DNA of 63,719 nt, counting the filler, from Collodictyon triciliatum (taxonomy: Eukaryota): NCBI GenBank assembly GCA_043381765.1. It is 6 parts of 6 records of this genome, joined end to end, with 100 filler letters (N's around TTAATTAATTAA, not from the genome) between each part and the next. Parts side by side here need not be neighbours in the genome. Positions count along the whole stretch, not along the records: positions 19,341 to 41,872 come from JBHJMP010001145.1; 5 more parts are not named here. One strand, 5' to 3'. Within the stretch, counting starts at the first letter, position 1. Every line of letters begins with the position of its first letter. The translations under genes and the position numbers were made by a program. This document shows, in pieces, positions 25,930 to 41,972 of the stretch. The notes under the pieces are model-generated. The model worked only from the letters and a program-made list of their open reading frames with translations. It had not been told where the DNA came from and made no database searches.

Positions 25930-28650
25930 TATATACTTAGCCTCCAAGGAACGGCATGAAACTGTAAATGGAACAGCCTTTTAGTTATAACCTTTCCGTA
26001 ATTTCGAATTGTAGATAATTGGAAGCCATAATCTGAGCTGAAAGGAAACAAGCACATATTCTACAAATTATGAATACTTACAAATGATAATGTCGATTGC
26101 AATAACTATGAGACTTGGTCACTCGTAATCCCGTAGATTTCGGAAATGGTTCGACAAATCTGCATATTTGTTGTATAATTCAGATTAAATCAATATGATA
26201 TATAATACTTGCCTTGTATGAATGCGGGTCAAGCAAAAAAAAAATAATGAAAATATAAAGTTGCCATTTTAATTGTTCAACATATGATAGAGAATGGGTG
26301 ACTTCATGACCCATAGAACAGTCTAACTTTCAAATCAGGCATATTTCGAAAAGATAAACCGTATTGTCAGAGTTTGAAGCATATAGGCGGTGGATACAGA
26401 TCGCACTGGCCCCCTATAGTTATTTTCTTAAAAAAAATCATTTTATCGTACATAATTGTTGTTGTAATATGAGTAATGTCTGGGTACAAATAAAAAAATG
26501 CTCACAGAAAACAAGGGCGTGTTCTGTCTGCAAAAAAGGCGATTTGGTCATCAAGTTCGGGTGTGAAAATAAACGCTTTTAACCTCACGTGTTGAGTTGG
26601 AGGGGAGTGGTATATGGATTATTTGGAAATCTTCAAGCCTACAAATTCTGCAAAATAATAATGTATTAAGACGAGTAGAATGATAATGGAAACCCCTTTT
26701 CCTTAAATCGCATAAAGAAGCATTATAAAACATGAGTACAAAGCTCACCATATAGTAAACCTTCATATGTTGGTAAAAAGGCCTCGAACGGTGGGTGTAT
26801 ATAGGTAGTGCCAGTGCGTTGTTTGTAGTCTCATATTCCCTGGGGGAGGGTGATGTCTGATATATCTCTTTTTGGTGCGGGTTCATGACTTCAATAATAC
26901 CGTTAGCCTGCTCTCTAAACAACTTCCGCTAAAATTATCAATTGTTTACATAATTAAATACGATTCCTGATACAAATTCGGACGGCATAATAGAGGCCCA
27001 AGTTAGGCATTTTCTGGTCTCCATTGATATATCAATACTTTTCATAAAACGTATGAAAATCTAGAAGCGTCATATGAAGTTGCTTCACTGCCAAGGGAAA
27101 CTCCTAACATAGAAAATTGAGACGGTTTTAAGTGAGATTAGTATACAAATAAAGACATTCATCTTAATCTGTAAAACATTAATAATACTTATTAATTGGC
27201 TGCTGTAAGCGCGGGGTTGTAGCGTAGATGCATGTTCTTCCGATGCAAACCAACAAAACCACTAAATGATTATAGAGTCTGCATAATAGAGAAAAATTAA
27301 TCTGGAGACTATGAATCCATTTTAATCTCTTGTGTAAGCCATTAAACATATGATCATATGTACCTTGAATTTGTAGTAGCCGCGAGAAACCCATTTCTCA
27401 GCCACCTTGGATTTGAAATTGTAGTTTTCTCAATTTTTTGATATTTTTTGAATGATTAGACAAAGACATACTAACTTTCACGCACAACACCCCCACCGTA
27501 CGTTCTTAGACCTTTACTTCAGGCCATCGAGAAAACTAGGAGCCGCCAATCCACTACCTTTCCCCTTCATCCAAGCAGTAGATCGAAACACTTCCCTTTC
27601 CCACAGATTTTGTCTTTTGTTCCTTCCTTTTTCGACTGTATCAGAGTTTTTCCATGACTTAAGTTTGAACAGTTTCCTATTAAAGTTGAGTAAATAACGT
27701 GAAGTATGGTGTGTTGAATATAATAATGTGATTTTTCAGTTGGTTCTTGATGTAGCCAGATAGAGCCATTTATCGAAAAATACATTTGGCATAGAATGAA
27801 GTTTAATTGATTAACATTTTGTTATATTTTTGCTAGGAGAATTGAAACTCAGTGTGTGCGTATTTTGTTTTCTATTGTTGAGTATCAATCATGTGATCAA
27901 TTTTATGTCATGAAATTTATCATTTTTATCATATTTTCTTTTTAGGAGTAAAAAATACCAGGTTTGTTCTAATATCACAACGCCGATGAAATCTGGTCTA
28001 AAGATTCCACTCTCCCGTGAAATGTGCAATGATAATGTTATTTATGAGTTTTTTAATGCATTGAATTTTTTCAAAATGATATGAGTGAAACTATGAGATA
28101 AACAAAATAAATATAATTTATAAGAAATGAAGCGATAAAAACTCACTGTATGACTTGTATAAGACCAAAAAAATGCGACCGAAGAGTTTTCTGTGCGATG
28201 AGATAGGGGAAAATGAGCCCTTCTTGATAGTTCGTGAGGTGCTACTATGAAAAGCTTTTGTTAGGGTCCACTCTGAGATCATTTTATAATTTCAGTTGCT
28301 GTAACTTTGTGTATTAAAAATATTTCAGTTTTTCATTCTATGAAATATCCTTTAATTCCATTTTAATCAATCACCATTATTTTCAAATTTGATTTCTTAT
28401 AATTCATACATCGTCCAATTTCATTTATGCCCTGTGAGAAGTATGTAAAATTTTACCAAGATAATAAAAAAAAAAACAGACTTTATCTTTTATTTACAAT
28501 CATAAAATCAAAATTCATGTAGATTAAGTCTTGTAAAGTGTATCATACTTGAATTCGACTGATTGAAGAGATATTTTGTGACTAAAGGTGCCAAATTGAA
28601 AGGGCGACTATCTCCGGAATATTAGAATGGATTTAGTTTGTTTATGTTTC
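25930..28650 (-). pseudogene. Relic of an unidentified intron-containing gene
   Basis: Regular AG-exon-GT pattern on the minus strand. Exon-like blocks include SKVAEKWVSRGYYKFK, TL*SFSGFVGLHRKNMHLRYNP, EFPLAVKQLHMTLLDFHTFYEKY*YING and EQANGIIEVMNPHQKEIY..ALPIYTHRSRPFYQHMK. No family recognised. Confidence 0.4.
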
Positions 28651-31600
28651 TAAAATATTGAAGTATATTCCAGTGGCTAATTTAATAATAAATCAGATAT
28701 GTTTATTTGGATTTTACCCAACAAATCAAAAAATTAATCTTACCAATTCCACTAATCCATTTGTTGCAGATGGTGTGCAAGTATGTCAACTGTTACATAT
28801 AATCTGCTGAAAATTATATATGAGTTGGGAGATATGAGTAGGGAGATGGAAACGATTTTTGAAGTTGAATGGAGAAAATAAATAAATAAATAAATAAGAA
28901 GAATGTGATAGTAAATTTCAATAACATTAAATAAAGTATCCGCATTTTAATCATTTAGATCGAATCCTACTCCTCTTCGGCGGTGGCAAGTATTCGAGTG
29001 TACTATTAATGTTGTGTAGTAAATCAATTTCATTTTCATAACATTATATCATATGCTAAGAAGTATGTATAAAAAATCCCGATACTTCTTAAAACGATAA
29101 GTTTATGGTTAAAATGTTTCTTATTACTTTTCCTATGCCAAATTTTAGCTTCAGTCGTAGGGGATGCAGTCATTAAAGATGAACTTTTCTTCCTTTTTGG
29201 CCAAAACTCAACCATTTTCCTTATCCTATGGGCAGTGTGGGTCGTTTAGGTATGGTTTATATATACATGGAAAATAAAAGTAAATAACGACGTATATTTT
29301 AATACGGACCGTGATTAACAAAACTCAACAATGGTAGTAAAGAGATATTCAAAGGCAATTGATCATTAGCCCTTACTCGTAAGCAATCCCCCAGGCACAG
29401 AGAACAATAAGGAACTTAGTCTGTAATCCTGATAGTAAACTTCCAGGCATGTTATATTAATGGCAGTTTCACTTTATGGAAAAATAAAAATTTTGAGGGA
29501 AGAGGGCATATAATCATTCTATATAGATGAGAAAATGGTTTATTTTTTCACTAGTAAGTGAATCCCATAAAAATAGCCGAGTTGAGAAGAGAAAAGCAAA
29601 CAGATCAAAATACCCAACATGAAAACATATATGCGACTAGATGAGATGCACTAAAAGGTTGCACCTTTGGAAGAGTCCGTCGAAATGAGCGTGGTGTGGG
29701 TAACAGAGCAACCAAAGGCCCAGTCGCCGTAACGCCCATGAAAAGTGTCACAAACTGTACGAGATGGGATTGGAGTCCACTTCATGCAATTAATAAAATT
29801 ATAACGCTTGGGCTATATCTTTATTGATAAAATGGATAAAAAATGAGGTAGTTAGTTCAGATAATATGGAAGCGTGACCAAAAACGCTCGGCAACAGGAT
29901 GCTCCATAACTTGAATAGTCCCAGTTCTCCTTGGCTCGCATATTGCTGTATTAATGAGAGCCCTTACAAACTGGCACATAAAATTAGATAACTTGAATTC
30001 ATTGTTATTTTGATGAGTAAATGAGTTTTCAGGATAGTCTTGAGCTTGTTTGATAATAAACAACATAACCCAACGATAACACAAGCAAGAACAGAGCTAA
30101 TCATTAATAGTTTTACTGGAGGACTGATTTGCTGCCATTGCTTGTATCTTTTATAGTTAGAATTATTTGCCAGCGCTTGATAGACTACCCCACTCTCGAT
30201 AAAGTGTTTTGGCTTTTTGGCTATGGTGAAAGACTTGCATAGGTTAAAACCTTCGCTTTTTGAAGAAAATGAAGCTATTTTTTCATGTTGGTTTCTTCAG
30301 TTTGCTTGGCCTTTTGTAGATATTGTCTGTTTTTTGTGTGGTGAAAAAGAATGAGGGTCCACGCCATATGGATTCAACGAATTAACTCTGTTGTGTTGTG
30401 CTGGTTTTTGACTTTTGTTCTTGAGTGATTATGTGCTTGTGTCGATAGAAATGTGCTTATCGAGTGATCTGCTGTGGACTTGTGTACTGGTTTGTTTTTT
30501 AAAAGATCGGAACAGGTTTTTTTTTTTCGCACATAAAGTGGTTCTTGTTTTTTATATTGAAGGAGAGAGAAATAGGTAAATTTTGTTTTCTATAATTAAT
30601 TTTGGTTACACAGGGAATCCAAAGCAAAAAATCAAAAGAAAAAATGCTGGACGGGGCAAAAGTGGAAAAAATGGAGCTGGCGTCTTGGTCATCTGAATAA
30701 ACGGGTTTGTCATAGCCTTGAAAGCAAATTCAGCCAGGAATATAAATGATTGTTAATATTGCAAACCATTCTATAGCACCAATCACATTATCAACCCTTG
30801 GTCGATTTTTCATTGTTTTTTTTTTGTAAGCGCCCTTTCAACAGAGGCATATTACAACTGCGCATAATAAAGTGCGCACCCACGGAAGGTATATTAATCC
30901 TGTCACATTCACATTCACTTAATGCCAAAGACGAAAGCACCAGAATATCCATTCAAACCTGTTGAAGAGAAAAGCACATTGCGCGCAACAAATGGCCCAC
31001 GTATCGACCTTATCCCATCAGATATTTGATGGAAAGGGATACATGCCGTGATCTAAAAAACCAGTGAATTAAAGCACTTTGATACATTTCACTGCCTATT
31101 GTTGCTCTTGAAAGCACTGCAGGCACATATCGCTATTGTAATCCAAAGTCTAGTTTAATAGCTTGTTAACTTCTTCCTTCTCTTACTTCTTTCTTTTTAA
31201 TTCTTTGTTTATTAAACGAACACATTGTTGAATATGAATACCGTTTCTTTTTTATGTATGCTTTATTTTGTTTTGAAAAGGCTAATATTTGATGCGGGCT
31301 TAAGTGACGCGCACCGCCTTTCGAGTATCTTTATTGACCCATTATAGTGGCTTACAAAACCCAGCACAAAGCAAAGGTTTATGCTCGTATATTACTTTTT
31401 TTTAATTTTTAAAAGGTACATATGATATAATTGGATATTCTGTAAAAAAAAAAAACAACTTATTAGATCACTGCTAGAATATCTTTTTTTTTGTAACTTA
31501 AAAATTCTTGGGTACCATAAAGGTCGGTGTGGCACATTGATTTCTTTTCATTTCTATTTAGTTCAAAGAATGTGTTTTATTATTATTCTACAGCCCGCCC

Positions 31601-32136
31601 TAGTTGTTGCGCCTTGGTTGAAAGCACGAACGCGTTTTGGATTCATGTGCAGGTCGGTTTAGTATAGAAACAAAATTCATCACTCATATAAGTACATCTA
31701 TTGTGGGTCGAGCTTCATACAATCCTAAAAAGCTGCAACTACCAAATGCCTGACCTAAATTCAATCCTAGGCCGAACTTCCGTCAAAGACTAAGTGTCGC
31801 GACTGATTTAAATCAGACAATCAATGCATGACCAGCAAACGCAGCATGCGAAAGTCGTTAATCTTGTTCTAAAAGAAAAGAACATTCAAGTTGTATAAAA
31901 TGCTGTATTATGTTTTTTTTTTGTATTGTTATTCGATGGAATGCCGTTTGCCATGATAAATATATGTATCTGAACTATGCTGACCCACTACAACCTATTT
32001 CTTGAGTACACTCATTGAAGTGTTTGTTGCAAAGCTCCGTTTAAATGCATCGTTCATAAATCAATCGCATTCGTATATTTATTTTATCCACGAAGCCGAA
32101 GTCAAATCCATTATGGCCGGCTAATAAACCCATCAT

Positions 32137-32790
32137 ATTTTTTTTTATTTATTATTCCTTTCAATTTTGCGCAGGATGGTGAAGATGTTTCAAAGGTGCC
32201 AGCCATTGTTTCGCGTGGACGCTACTTGTTGGCCGGGTGGCGGAGAAGTAGTCGGTAATCAGGAATTGCATCCTGCAGTTTGGCCTGTAGCCTGGGTCTT
32301 GTGCTTGCATGAGAGATACAAATCGAAGTTTAATTTCTTTCTCAGCTTCTTTCCACATGTCTCTTCTCACAGGGTCTGAGTAGTAGAGAACATGCAGGTG
32401 GCGAAGGAAGCTATTGAGGAAAGAGATTTGTATGATGTCATTCAGCCTATTATCAGGAATGGGTGGCTGGTTGTTGAGTCTTGCTTTGCGTGAGTATATG
32501 CGCGCTATCCACATAGTCCATAGCAAATGGCCTCGCGTCACTGCCCAGAGTGTTTTTGCATCTGGACGCAGCTGTTGCAGAGGCCCAAATATCGCCTGGA
32601 TTGGGCCAACAGCCGCAGCCGTCTTGATTGTCAGTCGAAGAATCTCACCGGCTGTTTCGCGCATGGTTTTGAGCGAAGGGACATTGCACAGATGTGTGCT
32701 CAATGGATTCATCACCGTTGCTGCAAAGTGTGCGTTGTTGGGAGACTTTGCCGGCTTTTGCCGCGCGTGTGCCTATCCATAGCTCCCTAT
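32137..32790 (-). mobile_element. 5'-truncated L1/Tx1-type LINE, ORF2 3' end with A-rich tail
   Basis: Degenerate CCHC finger RTLCSNGDESIEHTSVQCP, a frameshift near 32666, then the LLWTMWIAR motif; stop at 32163-32161 followed by AATAAATAAAAAAAAAA. Confidence 0.8.
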
Positions 32791-33051
32791 TGGTGATATT
32801 AAGCATTAGAGAGCGGTGATTTGGAAGGACTTGCTAAAAATATCGACCAAAAATCGACCAAAAAATCGACCAAAAATCCAATATAAATCGAACAAAAGAG
32901 TGCGTGTGGTGTCGTTCGTGGCGCTGTTCCTTTTTCTTTTACTTTTTCCATACTTCCAATCAGGGTTGGGAGGTTTCCTCTTGAATACGAGCGGAAAGAG
33001 ACAGGTCGGTAAGTCTGTATACTTTTCACTGATCTGCAGGAAGCCTTAGTA

Positions 33052-35747
33052 ATGATCACTCCGCGCTTCCAAGTCACCCAGGACGAAAACTATGTCATCG
33101 TCACCATGAAAACGCCTTACATAAAGTCTGACGCAGCGGAGTTCAACATCTGTGGCAATGAGTTTCGGTTCCACGCAAAACCATTCTTTCTGAGGTATTG
33201 CGCTGATTGATAATAACGACAACAAAAAGAAATCATTTCTAAGTTGACGGCTCTTTTCATCCTCTGACCACAGCGATCGCTTCAAAATAGTTGTATTATG
33301 ACTCAATAAATGATATGTTCCATTCTCTTTTCCTCATAGGCTTTGCTTTCCTCGCGGCTTGAAAGAGGACGGAACTGAGTCGGCTAGTTTTGATGTTGAC
33401 AACGGAGTTTTTACTGTGAAGTTGCCCAAAGAAGTTCGTTTTCTATTATTTGTCACCTTTTTATTTATCTTTTATTTATCTTCATCTTCATCTTCATCTT
33501 CATCTTCATCTTCATCTTCATCTTCATCTTCATCTTCATCTTCATCTTCATCTTCATCTTCATCTTCATCTTCATCTTCATCTTCATCTTTTTATACGTA
33601 TCTTTACATATTTTACTATCACCATTACATCCAGTCAGTGACAATAAGGCAGTTGCTGGTCATTACTTTATGAAATATTCTAATATATTCTTCCAAAAAT
33701 GATTAATCTAGAATCCAGGAGAAACTTTTGAAAATCTCGACCTACTCACCCTGTTGGCTCCAAAATTAACTCAAAAGCCTTCTTTCGGGATAGGGAAAGG
33801 CCCATTAATCGAGGTCCTCCCTTCCGATGAAAACGAAGAATCAGCGACCTCCAGAGAAGAAAACCAGGAGCTTATATGGGACTTTGAGCAAAGATTGCCA
33901 GAAGAACCCTCGGTAATTATCCTTCACATCCATCAATGTATTACGCTATATTTCAACAAAAATCGCCACGCAATCTGTGTCTTTGCAACGCATACTACTT
34001 ACAATAAATTAAGATACAAGATGTACTGCGCCAGTCTCATTACGGATTCAATAAGCAAAAAAGCGGAGTATTTTCGAATCTTTCCGAGGACCAAACAGCA
34101 GAGATATGTCTCCTGCCATCACCAGGTAATTAGAACACTCGTATGACTGATTGCCGTTTTCATGAAATGATAAATGAACTCTTCTCCCTTTATATATCCA
34201 ACATATGCAAAAATAAATGAAAAAAATGCCTAGATAGCATGACAGAATCTGAAAGACGAAGCCATCGCATCAGATCAGAAGATATTAAATTTGATGCAGA
34301 ACATTACATGTAATAACCATTCAATACAAATCAAGATATGATGTACACAAGTCTACAAAAGCACTTATCTTTATTGTCTTGTTGTTACCTAGAGCCGATT
34401 TCGCCCTTGAAGAAGAGATTGTTGATATTCTCGAATACAAACAAAACTGGGATGTGTATACCGGCAATTTGGAGTTCAATGAGAGAGAAAGAGAAATCAT
34501 ATCGAAGCTGCCCCACAAAGAATGTAACAATGCTCTTGAATTTGTATCAGTTGTTGCATTTACATCCTTTATCCTATCTCGGCTCTCCTCTTTCTTTTTT
34601 TTTTCCCATTGCCTTTTCATCATATACTATCTCTGGCACCAGCCTAGGCTCCTTTTCTTTCTTTCTTCTTTTTAATCAAAACACATGTGTTTTGTTTTCA
34701 GCACCACCCCACCTCTATAATTGTAAAAACTGTTCATAGATATTATTGAGGACGAAAAAGAGGTCCTGTTAGGCTTGGCCGATATCTTGTTTGCCTATTG
34801 TTACGATAAGCGCACAACCATGGGAGAAGAAACTGTAGAGAGTGCTTGGACGATAAGTAAGCTTTGTGCGACCCTGGGCTGTTTCGAGGTGATAATAACG
34901 AGAAAATTTAGATGATATTCCATAATCTTTTCGTCCTATTTCATGTCATCTACATCATTTATAAATCGCTATAACTCGGGTTTGTGAGAACTACAAATTC
35001 CTCACAAAAATCGGATAATCACAAGGACTCAAATACTTTCATTGAGACAGGTGTTTCGTACACTTCCTGACTTGGTCAGTGTCATGTTTCGACGCAGTCT
35101 ATGCTATCCGCTCTATCGGAACTGGAAGCTTAGCATGGTAATAATTTTCAAGATTTTTTTCCCTTGAACCTTTACTTGATAAACCTTTTTTTTTCATCAT
35201 TTTTATATACCTCGAAGTTTTATTCATACCCACACGGCGACACTGAGGATTTTGTTGCCCCTTTGTCTCATTTTAATCTATTTTTTTTATATCTAGGCTG
35301 TGTTCAAAGACATGAAAAGTATAATCCAAAAAGGGAAACGTTGCATTCTTCAGGCACTTCTTGAAGTGAAAAGCATGTTTGAGATGGTATACTATTTTTT
35401 CATGTGATAGGCGATATGGCACTTTCCTACTGAAGATTTTTTTTTATTACCACCGACCACAAAACAAGTAATTTTCTCTCTACACGTCTTTCTATTCATT
35501 CTTGTTTTGTAATCTTCATCAAAGTTTATAAGCATCAAAAGTAATTTCACACGTTTATAGTCTGGAGAGAGTCGATATATCATCAACAACTTATACATCG
35601 ATGATTACTGCATTTGGATTCAGTCGACTAGAGACGAAAATATCGCGTCCCTCTCAAAGGCACTGGAACTCGTCAAGATTGAAAAGCCTATGGTTGGGTG
35701 GAACTTGGAATCTTTGGAGGCAGAGGCAAACTCAAGAATGGAGGAGG

Positions 35748-35822
<75 letters not shown>

Positions 35823-35833
35823 GTGATGATTAA
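33052..35833 (+). CDS. SHQ1: H/ACA RNP assembly factor SHQ1, multi-exon
   Basis: MITPRFQVTQDENYVIVTMKTPYIK..FRFHAKPFFLR; FENLDLLTLL; HYGFN; KFDAEHY; DILFAYCYDKRTTMGEETVESAWTISKL; RRSLCYPLYRNW; RYIINNLYIDDYCIWIQ; acidic tail; TAA 35831-35833. Confidence 0.95.
33478..33589. repeat. (TCTTCA)n microsatellite in a SHQ1 intron
   Basis: Tandem repeat read directly. Confidence 0.97.
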
Positions 35834-36255
35834 ACAAAATAAACGCGTGTCTGAAATTCCATAGCTATCTGTCTGACACTTTCCTCTGCCTTTTCAACCT
35901 TTGTTGCTCGGTGTTTGGCTTCGTCCCAGTCCCTTTCCTTCTTCAGGAACAAAACAAAGACCATCAAGGAAAGGCAACAAGAAAGAAAAACATAAAAAAA
36001 CGCAAGAAAAGCAACGACATCCACTCGATGCACCCATCGTTCTAAAGACAACAGATAACATCATTTTGGGTAATGCTAAAAAAACAAAAAGAAAGAAAAG
36101 GGCGACAGATTATAAAGATCAAAGACTGCAACTCTTCAGACTTTCCTCGGCTGGTTTTGCTATGTGCAAAGGAACTTGTTTAGTCTCTTAAGGTTCCACT
36201 CTTTCTGCTTAATCACAGGCAAAACAACACGTTGAAGCAAGACTGGTGTAGAGAC

Positions 36256-39458
<3,203 letters not shown>

Positions 39459-39799
39459 NNNNNNNNNNNNNNNNNNNNNNNNNNNNNNNNNNNNNNNNNN
39501 NNNNNNNNNNNNNNNNNNNNNNNNNNNNNNNNNNNNNNNNNNNNNNNNNNNNNNNNNNNNNNNNNNNNNNNNNNNNNNNNNNNNNNNNNNNNNNNNNNNN
39601 NNNNNNNNNNNNNNNNNNNNNNNNNNNNNNNNNNNNNNNNNNNNNNNNNNNNNNNNNNNNNNNNNNNNNNNNNNNNNNNNNNNNNNNNNNNNNNNNNNNN
39701 NNNNNNNNNNNNNNNNNNNNNNNNNNNNNNNNNNNNNNNNNNNNNNNNNNNNNNNNNNNNNNNNNNNNNNNNNNNNNNNNNNNNNNNNNNNNNNNNNNN

Positions 39800-41206
39800 C
39801 GAAGATAGATAGGTCCCGAGTAAAGAGTCCAGAGATGATTCAGTATTTCCCATAAAGTTATGTAAAAATGATCCAACAGTGGTCCAGCTACGCTCAAGAA
39901 TAGAATCCTCAGCCCCAGATGTTCCAATTAAAGCCAATCCAATTACTTTCTCGCGATGAGCAATCTATCATTTGATCATTTGTGTTTTATTTTTTGGATT
40001 GTAGTTCAGCATATTATCAAACATAGAAATTAGAACGAGAAGCAGTCATCTTGGTTGTAAATATAGATATTATCCTTAAATCCTTTTTTTTATTATTATT
40101 TAAAAACTGCATATTTTAAACCATAGAAATTGCTTACTGCATAATGGAGCAAAACGCTTCCTCCTATACCTGCGCCAAAGCCAATGAAACACTCTATACT
40201 AATTTATTATTATTATGGGCATCTTTATTAGTTAAATATGACTTTCGTTAAGAGCAAAAGTAAAAATTAACAAGCAATTATATGGAAAATAGAAAAATAT
40301 GGGTGATGTACTTTAGTTTCTCCACCACTTGGTTTAGCTGTTTTGCAAGATCAACCATGCTTTCGCATGTAGAGACTTGCTCCATGGGAGTAGCATCGGA
40401 ATGGTGGCCGGGAGCATCAACATGAACGATACAGAATCTGTCAATCGCGTTTGCAATCGAGTCTTGATGGAATATAGGGCCAAAACAGACTTGGTCTGGG
40501 ACATAAATATTTACAGTTTTATTATTATTATTATTAATTATTAGGGGTTTAGAGTCGAATAAAGAAAAAATGATTTTTCTTTTTCTTTCTTTCTTTTTTC
40601 TTTTTTTCTCTGGGGGGGGGGGGGGGGGGGGTGGGGGGTTAAAAAAGCAAAGAAATCAGAATGCCAGTGCATGCATGCACAATATATGAAGGATATACGA
40701 TTCAATCCGACATCGTGGTATGTGAGAATCACTCGCTTCTTGAGCTCTCCCTCGATAGTAACAAACACATCACCAAAATCAGTCTCGATCAAAGCCACCT
40801 GACCGGAGACAAAATGTTACAGGTCAAACACGCAGCGAATTCAAATAAAGGTATTCAGAAAGACAAAAAGAAAGACAAAAAGAAAGACAAAAAGAAAGAC
40901 AAAAAGAAACATTATAATGATGAAAGGACAATTGAAAGTGATCAGGCGTAGGATAGTCAGATAATGTAAGTGCCCAATCTTGCACAATTTAAAATAGAGA
41001 ATCTAAAATAAAATAGCGCAAGTGTGTAGAGATGCAGCAAAACCTACGCGATTCTGTGCAGGAGAGAGCTGCTCCATACCAAAAAGCGAGTCAGATGTGC
41101 GTGCTTGGCTCTGCGAGAGATTTTGTGGGGTATTCGCTTCTTGAAAAATGCTTATCTCCACTAGTTCATTTTCTGCCTGAAGTCTCGCCAACGTGCTCGG
41201 ATCCAT
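39800..41206 (-). CDS. NDRG/Ndr-family alpha/beta-hydrolase-like protein, 3' part in N gap
   Basis: ETDFGDVFVTIEG..VILTYHDVGLN; FCIVHVDAPGH; IGFGAGIGGSVLLHYA; KVIGLALIG. The first exon MDPSTLARLQAENEL (41206) is tentative. Confidence 0.88.
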
Positions 41207-41972
41207 ACCCTTAGGATACTTGGTTTCAGTCCTAGTCTCAAAGAAAAGAAAACAAAAAGAAAACATAAAGAAAACATAAAGAAAACATAAAGAAAACAAA
41301 CCACATTAGAAAGGGGAAATGTTCTTTGTGCCTCTCTTCTCCAACTTTGTTATTTGTTTGGTAGTTGACTGCCCAGGAGGTCAGTCCAATGCGAGGTGGG
41401 CATGGTGGAATTCAGGCTTTGAGTACCAACTTTGCGAGCCAGGCTCTTTGAGACTTGATAGCAAAATACAGAAAGTCTTTTATATATCCACGGCGAATTC
41501 TTTTGTAGAATACAAACGGACGAGGGTTTGTCTCAGCCACTGGTCAGAAACACACAACTTTACTTCCAGGGTCTGCCTTCTGCTCTTTTGCCTTTGAGAC
41601 GCGCGTAATCACTTTCTACCCACAGACACAGTACTGTGTGTGCTGCAATGGAAACAATTTCGATTGCAATTATATTTATCTTTCTCTCTCTCTCTCTCTC
41701 TTTTTTTTTTTTTTCATTGAGAGAAACGGCAGGTATCCGGTGGAATGTGGGTGTTGGTGTGGCTTTTATCTTTTGTTGTTGTCTGGGATAACAATAGAGC
41801 TGGGATGATCGGCGTGTTTTCCTTTAGCTTTATGTTTGTTGTTTATAGTGATTCTCTGAGGTTCTTTTTTTTNNNNNNNNNNNNNNNNNNNNNNNNNNNN
41901 NNNNNNNNNNNNNNNNTTAATTAATTAANNNNNNNNNNNNNNNNNNNNNNNNNNNNNNNNNNNNNNNNNNNN

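Noticed and set aside
31651-31780. tRNA-like or MITE-like imperfect inverted repeat
   Set aside because: About 13 of 18 bases match, with no cloverleaf, no TSD and no second copy in the window.
41150-41165. AT donor (GAG/ATAAGC) for NDRG exon 1
   Set aside because: An in-phase GT donor (CTA/GTGGAG) lies 6 nt upstream, so no non-canonical site is needed.
41483-41500. 18-nt match TATATCCACGGCGAATTC also present near 49477
   Set aside because: The match does not extend on either side, and a single match of this length is plausible by chance.
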